A stretch of 64,000 bases of DNA from Candidatus Gottesmanbacteria bacterium (GTDB lineage: Bacteria; Patescibacteriota; Microgenomatia; UBA10105; UBA927), in NCBI GenBank assembly GCA_023245335.1, contig JAHFKK010000001.1, positions 683,282 to 747,281 of the forward strand, in the 5' to 3' direction. The notes below the pieces were generated by a model. It was not told the origin of the DNA, made no database searches, and saw only the letters and a list, made by a program, of their open reading frames with translations. Made by a program: the position numbers and the translations under genes. Shown here piece by piece: positions 58,882 to 64,000 of this stretch (position 1 is its first letter; every line of letters starts with the position of its first letter).

Positions 58882-59654
58882 AGCCCACTATCGTATTTAT
58901 CATCATTGCCTATCATCCCAAACCGGAGGAGTTTGCCAGGTTACTAAGGATATTGCCTTCGGAGGAGACGGTGGTTGTGGATAACGGGCAGACGCTGGTA
59001 TCGGATGACGTGGGTCGGGCGACACTGCTCCCGCAATCCAGGAATTTGGGGTACGGAGCGGCCGCCAACATCGGCATCCGGCACGCCATAGCCCACGGCG
59101 CCGAGTGGTTTGTCGTCCTCAATCAGGATGTGACGATAAACCGCGCCGCGGTAGAGGAATTCACCAAACAGCTCCCCAAACTCGATCCCTGTGTGGCCGG
59201 CCCGTTCGGGGGAGGCATAGATCCTAAGCGCTGGACCACCATACTGCCTTCAGAACGCACGGATTATCTCTCCGGCTCATGTATAGCGATCCATAGCAAA
59301 GTCATTAAGAAAGTCGGGTATTTCTACGAGCCGTATTTCCTGTATTACGAAGAAGCGGATTATTGCGTACGGGCCAAACGTATGGGATTTCCCCTTAAGA
59401 AGCTCACGATAGAGGGAGTCACCCATGAAGAGTCAGTTTCCCTAGGGAGAGGCTCAGCTGCTCACCAATACTACCTCGCACGGAATCATTTCCTGTTTGT
59501 CGAACGCCAGGCGCCGGGCGACGTGAAGCTTCATGAGGCGTTGCGGTTTCCAAAAACATTCATGGAACACATGAGGCGTCATGAAAGGGGTGCGGCTATC
59601 GGGATCAGGGATTACTTCCTTCGCAGATTTGGTCCATATGGAGGTACGGCATGA
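58878..59654 (+). CDS. Family 2 glycosyltransferase
   Basis: VVDN, NLGYGAAAN.G, LNQD, FLYYEEADYC.R. Confidence 0.85.
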   Translation: MKPTIVFIIIAYHPKPEEFARLLRILPSEETVVVDNGQTLVSDDVGRATLLPQSRNLGYGAAANIGIRHAIAHGAEWFVVLNQDVTINRAAVEEFTKQLPKLDPCVAGPFGGGIDPKRWTTILPSERTDYLSGSCIAIHSKVIKKVGYFYEPYFLYYEEADYCVRAKRMGFPLKKLTIEGVTHEESVSLGRGSAAHQYYLARNHFLFVERQAPGDVKLHEALRFPKTFMEHMRRHERGAAIGIRDYFLRRFGPYGGTA

Positions 59655-60760
59655 GAATCGGTATAGACGGCGGTGCATTGTCCATAACCGATGATCGGTT
59701 GAAAGTAGGCGTCTATCGCGTAGCCTATAACCTCGTGAAAGAAATGCAGGTATTAAATGCGAAAAATGACTATAGGGTTTATAGCTTCGGTAGGGGAGAG
59801 CGGGGTACTCATAGCCTCGCGGGACCGAATACGCACTTTGTACAGCTGATACGCCCCGGATATCAATCCATATGGCAGACGGTAGATATAGTGAAACATC
59901 CGATAGATGTGTATTTAGGTATTTCCCAAAGTATTCCCCTGTTGCCAAAGATATTGTGCGACGTCAGTACCATCGGGTTTATTTATGATGTCGGGTTTCT
60001 CGATTATCCCGAGTGTTATCCGGGCTCTGCGAATACCCTCAACCGTCAGACCGCGGCGCTCGTCGCCAGATCTAACCATATCATCACGATTACCGAGGCC
60101 TCCAAGGATGCGCTCAGACGGGCATACCATGTGCCTGATGGCCGGGTGAGCGTCGCCTACCTGGGGGTCGATTCTCATTTTACCGGGCGAGGAGAGGCGA
60201 AGAAGCCCAAGCATCCGTATTTTCTTTTCGTCGGATCGCTCAAACGGGGTAAAAACGTCCCGCTCATGCTCCGGGCGTTTGCCGATTTCCTCACCAGTGT
60301 CAAAACGATCTACGACTTCGTACTTGTCGGTGGTGATTATTGGATGGACCCGGAGATTCCGGATACTATCCGAGAGCTGGGTCTAGGTGACAGGGTGCAT
60401 ATAGTGGGACACGTGCCGGACGACGAGCTTTCTATGTATTATCGAGGAGCGGTCGCGCTTCTCTCGGCTTCGCTTATAGAAGGGTTCGGATTGCCTGCTG
60501 CGGAAGCGATGGCGTGCGGTCTACCCGTCATCGGTTCAAATATCGGTTCGTATGCGGAAGTCGTGGGGAAGGCCGGACTCCTCGTAAATCCGAAAGATCG
60601 CGCGGAAGTGACCCAGGCGATGCTCCGGTATACTCATGATGACGTATTCCGTATAGCATCTGTCGCGGCAGGTAAACATCAGGCTACCCAGTTCCGATGG
60701 CGCAGTTTCGCACGAGCAGTACTTACGGCCGCAGAGACGCTCTATCAATCCAAGTCATGA
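59651..60760 (+). CDS. Family 4 glycosyltransferase
   Basis: IGID, VG....KN, EGFGLP..EAMACG. Confidence 0.85.
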   Translation: MRIGIDGGALSITDDRLKVGVYRVAYNLVKEMQVLNAKNDYRVYSFGRGERGTHSLAGPNTHFVQLIRPGYQSIWQTVDIVKHPIDVYLGISQSIPLLPKILCDVSTIGFIYDVGFLDYPECYPGSANTLNRQTAALVARSNHIITITEASKDALRRAYHVPDGRVSVAYLGVDSHFTGRGEAKKPKHPYFLFVGSLKRGKNVPLMLRAFADFLTSVKTIYDFVLVGGDYWMDPEIPDTIRELGLGDRVHIVGHVPDDELSMYYRGAVALLSASLIEGFGLPAAEAMACGLPVIGSNIGSYAEVVGKAGLLVNPKDRAEVTQAMLRYTHDDVFRIASVAAGKHQATQFRWRSFARAVLTAAETLYQSKS

Positions 60761-62343
60761 GCAAAAAAATTATCCTTGATGTCCTGTGGGGAGTAGCACT
60801 CGTGTGTGGCATCCTTTTGTGCCTTTGGGGGATAAATCTTCCGTACGTCGGTATAGATAATGCGAATAACAATTTTTTGGCGTTGGCATCGAAAAATTTT
60901 CTCCGTTTTGGCTATACGACGCTTCATTTCTTACCGACGTACTACGTCGGGAAGACTCTACCCGCTGTGATCCCGTATTATTTGCATCATCCCGTACTAT
61001 TTTTTCTGCTCGCCTCCGTACCGTTCCGGTTGTTTGGTAACGCTAATTGGGTTGTCCACGCAACCAACTTGGTGTTTGTGATCGCGTCGCTTTTCGTGCT
61101 TTATCACCTTGTCCGGGAAGCGGTGAACGAAGAGGCTGCACGATGGACCGTCGTATTTGCCGTTCTTATGCCGTGGTTTTCTTTTTTCTGGAAATACATT
61201 TTTTTTGAGCAGAGCAGTTTATTTTTTACCCTCACGACGCTCTACTTTTGTATCCGGTACTGGAAATCACAGCGGCCGATATATCTATGGGGGGTGGGTG
61301 TCGCGGCATTTTTGGGGGGTGCGACCGACTGGTATGGCGGATATCTAGCGTTCGGATTCCTGTACCTACTTTTCGCCCGCTCAGAGAAACGTATCTGGCC
61401 GACATTTTGGTCGTACGCATTAGGGGAGTTTCTCGGATTGGGTACATACTTCCTCGCGTTAGTACTGACCGGGAATGTCGGGGCCATCTGGAACGGGTAT
61501 TCCGCGCGTGGTGTCACAAGCGAGTTGAGTGCAGTGAGCTACTGGCCCTTGCGGTTAGTAGCCATCACTATTCTCCGGCTTTTGATCTATGGCTCCCCGC
61601 TTCTCGTTGTGAGTCTTTGGGCGTGGCTCCGTCGTAAGGGGACTGTGGGCAAGTCGCTCCTCTGGCACGTGGGCGTGATGCTTTTTATCGTCGGAATCAT
61701 CAATATGGTGGTTATGCCAAGTGCGACGTGGGGATTAAGTTACTTTTTGTATTATCTCGTGCCGTTTGCGGCCCTCGTCTGCGGGGTGTGGGTTGCGTCG
61801 ATTGCCAAACGATCTGTCGCTCTCGTTTACACGATTATTCTGATTCAGCTCTTTTGGTGTTTCGGCGTCACTGCGCTTAAGTTTACGCAAATGACGAAGC
61901 AGACGTGGCGATATGACTTCGGACGCGACGTCAGTCATATTGTGCCGCGTTACCAAAAGGTTGGGGTTCTGGAGTATCCGGGCGACGTGTTGCAAAACTA
62001 TTTTCTTATTGACGCACTCCCTATGTCAGAACCAAGTGTCGCCTCTTGGGTTGAACACGGTAAGCCCTCGGATATCCGGTATACGGTCGTGAGCTGTAAA
62101 GGAACCTGCACTTCCGAGGAGCTAGCATATTTGGAACGAGTGAGACAGAAGGTCGGCGTTCAGGAATTCCGGTACGGGCAGAATACCGGTTGGTTAGTAG
62201 ACCGTGAGTCAGCCGCCAATATAACGAAAGGTTCCCCCGCAGTGACAGAACGTGCACCTGAGCTGGAACCGCAGCGCGCGCCTTCCGGATTTCTTTACTG
62301 GTATCGTAAAGTCCGGGATTTTTTGGGCAGTACGCAAATATGA
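60757..62343 (+). CDS. GT39/PMT_2-like membrane glycosyltransferase
   Basis: N..R.G, YLHHP, TDW; many TM segments. Confidence 0.65.
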   Translation: MSKKIILDVLWGVALVCGILLCLWGINLPYVGIDNANNNFLALASKNFLRFGYTTLHFLPTYYVGKTLPAVIPYYLHHPVLFFLLASVPFRLFGNANWVVHATNLVFVIASLFVLYHLVREAVNEEAARWTVVFAVLMPWFSFFWKYIFFEQSSLFFTLTTLYFCIRYWKSQRPIYLWGVGVAAFLGGATDWYGGYLAFGFLYLLFARSEKRIWPTFWSYALGEFLGLGTYFLALVLTGNVGAIWNGYSARGVTSELSAVSYWPLRLVAITILRLLIYGSPLLVVSLWAWLRRKGTVGKSLLWHVGVMLFIVGIINMVVMPSATWGLSYFLYYLVPFAALVCGVWVASIAKRSVALVYTIILIQLFWCFGVTALKFTQMTKQTWRYDFGRDVSHIVPRYQKVGVLEYPGDVLQNYFLIDALPMSEPSVASWVEHGKPSDIRYTVVSCKGTCTSEELAYLERVRQKVGVQEFRYGQNTGWLVDRESAANITKGSPAVTERAPELEPQRAPSGFLYWYRKVRDFLGSTQI

Positions 62344-63485
62344 AAAAGATAGCGATTGTCCGTGGGAAGTTTCTTAATCGGTACGAGATGCAACTCTTTG
62401 AGCCGCTCGTTAGCCGGTATGACCTCACGGCGTTTGGATCTCTCTCCCCGTTCCATGACCGGTTTGCGTTTCCTGTCGTCAAACTGCCCTCTCCCATGGA
62501 TCTCCCGCAATTTCCGTACAAGATGCCCATCCTGAACCGGTTGTTTGTCGATGCACAGTATCTTTTTGGTCTTGAAGAGAGGCTCCGCGGATTTGATCTG
62601 GTCCATACTGCTGAGACATATTTTCGATATACCCAACAGTGTCTCGATGCAAAAAGGCGAGGAATCGTCCGTCGGGTGATTGCGACTTCTTACGACAACA
62701 TACCGTTTAACAACGAAGGTATCTGGGGGAGGAAGAATTACAAGAAGCGGGCACGAACAGAGCTTGATCACATCATCGCAATTTCCCAAAAAGCCAAGGA
62801 AACATTGCTTACCGAGGGTGCCGATCCGTCCAAAGTGACCGTGATCGGCCATTATATCGACACAAAACGATTCGCGCCGCACGCTCATCACCTAACGAGA
62901 TTTTCCGACGCGAAAAGGAGAGATCTCACCATCCTTTTCGTCGGAAGATTGGAAACGTATAAAGGAGTACTGGACATATTGGATGCCGCCGCCTTTCTCG
63001 CCCGTGATTCGGAACTCACTCACTATTCCTTCCATGTTTTGTTTGTCGGAACGGGGAGTCAGCGAGGTGTCATGTTGGAGAAAGAGCGTCATATCGGGAA
63101 AAACTGGCACTTCAGCCATGAGAGTGCTACGTATAGTAAAATGCCGGATTACTACCGGAAAGCAGATATATTTGTCGCTCCCAGTACCCCTACGCCGACG
63201 TGGGAAGAACAATTTAACATCGCACTCCTTGAGGCCCAGGCGTCAGGCCTCCCGATCGTGACGACCCGTACCGGAAGCATACCGGAGAATGTCGGGCGTG
63301 CGGGAGTCGTGGTCCCCCCGGGTAATCCGCAGGCTCTTGCAACTGCTATCAAGGAATTCATCCTGAAGCCCAACAAGCGTATAGCATTTGCCCGTCTCGC
63401 CCGTTCCCGTGCGCTCGCCGTGCACGATACGGCTCTCGGAGCGGCCAAAATTGCCGATATCTACGAACGCGTCCTTAGTTTGTGA
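62340..63485 (+). CDS. Family 4 glycosyltransferase
   Basis: FVGRL...KG, WEEQF...LLEA.ASGLP. Confidence 0.85.
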   Translation: MKKIAIVRGKFLNRYEMQLFEPLVSRYDLTAFGSLSPFHDRFAFPVVKLPSPMDLPQFPYKMPILNRLFVDAQYLFGLEERLRGFDLVHTAETYFRYTQQCLDAKRRGIVRRVIATSYDNIPFNNEGIWGRKNYKKRARTELDHIIAISQKAKETLLTEGADPSKVTVIGHYIDTKRFAPHAHHLTRFSDAKRRDLTILFVGRLETYKGVLDILDAAAFLARDSELTHYSFHVLFVGTGSQRGVMLEKERHIGKNWHFSHESATYSKMPDYYRKADIFVAPSTPTPTWEEQFNIALLEAQASGLPIVTTRTGSIPENVGRAGVVVPPGNPQALATAIKEFILKPNKRIAFARLARSRALAVHDTALGAAKIADIYERVLSL

Positions 63486-63999
63486 AGAGATAATAGAAGA
63501 TACCCATGGCGTTTATGAGGCAAAACGCCCCGGCAAGGAGAGGAAGTATCCCGCGGATAAGCCGTTTGCGATAGAGGATCTCAATAACAGTCGAAAGGCC
63601 GATCGCGATAATAGGAAGTGTGCTCACAAACATCCTGCCGCTGACGCTTGCCCCCTGCCACCACGTGCTCCAGCTTGCGACGATGAGTAATTCCGCTACA
63701 AAAACTGCGATATACGACCAGTACGTGCGCCACTTGAGCATAAGTCCGTAGATGCCGACGGCAACGATCGGCGTCCACAGCAACAGTCCGTTTGTCGGAG
63801 AAAATAACACGCCCAGGATATGCGGGTGCAGGAAATCGAAGTGTTCCCCTCCGGTAAGATACGGGTTTGCGAGCGATCCGTAGAGAGCGTACCAGGCAAA
63901 GAGTTGCGGGAGCATTGCGATAGCGAATCCTCCCAAGAGCGGGAGCCACCGGATCTTTTTCCAATAGGGGAAGATGAGTATCACAAAGACCGCATCCTG
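63475..63999 (-). CDS. Polytopic membrane (GT-C-like) protein, 5'-truncated
   Basis: Frame is open to the window edge; PQ...W...YG, LFS...GL..WTP, W..G.S..GR. Confidence 0.65.
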   Translation of the reverse strand, partial: QDAVFVILIFPYWKKIRWLPLLGGFAIAMLPQLFAWYALYGSLANPYLTGGEHFDFLHPHILGVLFSPTNGLLLWTPIVAVGIYGLMLKWRTYWSYIAVFVAELLIVASWSTWWQGASVSGRMFVSTLPIIAIGLSTVIEILYRKRLIRGILPLLAGAFCLINAMGIFYYLFTN

Positions 64000-64000
64000 G

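Noticed and set aside
1-64000. Stop-codon reassignment (code 25)
   Set aside because: Conserved genes such as glyQS, mraZ, murA and rplU end properly at TGA and have no internal TGA

Overview
64-kb core-genome window from a reduced-genome bacterium. Gene content and style point to Patescibacteria/CPR, probably Microgenomates (inference); the genetic code is standard, with TGA used as a stop. It contains: (1) a surface-glycan cluster of GT-C, GT2 and GT4 transferases, ManC, a priming sugar transferase and a DUF4012-like protein (1-11.6 kb); (2) recO-glyQS; (3) an expanded dcw cluster, mraZ to ftsZ, with inserted glmU-like, hydrolase, DegT, CvpA-CAP, MBL, holin-like, FemAB and dgkA genes and no murD or ddl (14.7-38.5 kb); (4) an array of short orphan genes, each with its own promoter (38.5-42.1 kb); (5) a type-2 ileS with GVHH/PMHKS motifs, preceded by an ultrashort-Stem-I Ile T-box that carries two copies of a small palindromic repeat; (6) rodA, rplU, a Trm11-like methyltransferase, rpmA, parB, lepB and tRNA-Val(GAC); (7) a second orphan array and a low-GC secreted propeller/lipase fusion; (8) a second glycosyltransferase cluster (56.7-64 kb). 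Many genes have a TAnnnT box 6-9 nt before the start codon, suggesting leaderless transcription. I saw no integrase, transposase, CRISPR array or rRNA. All family calls come from motif recognition by eye, not database searches.
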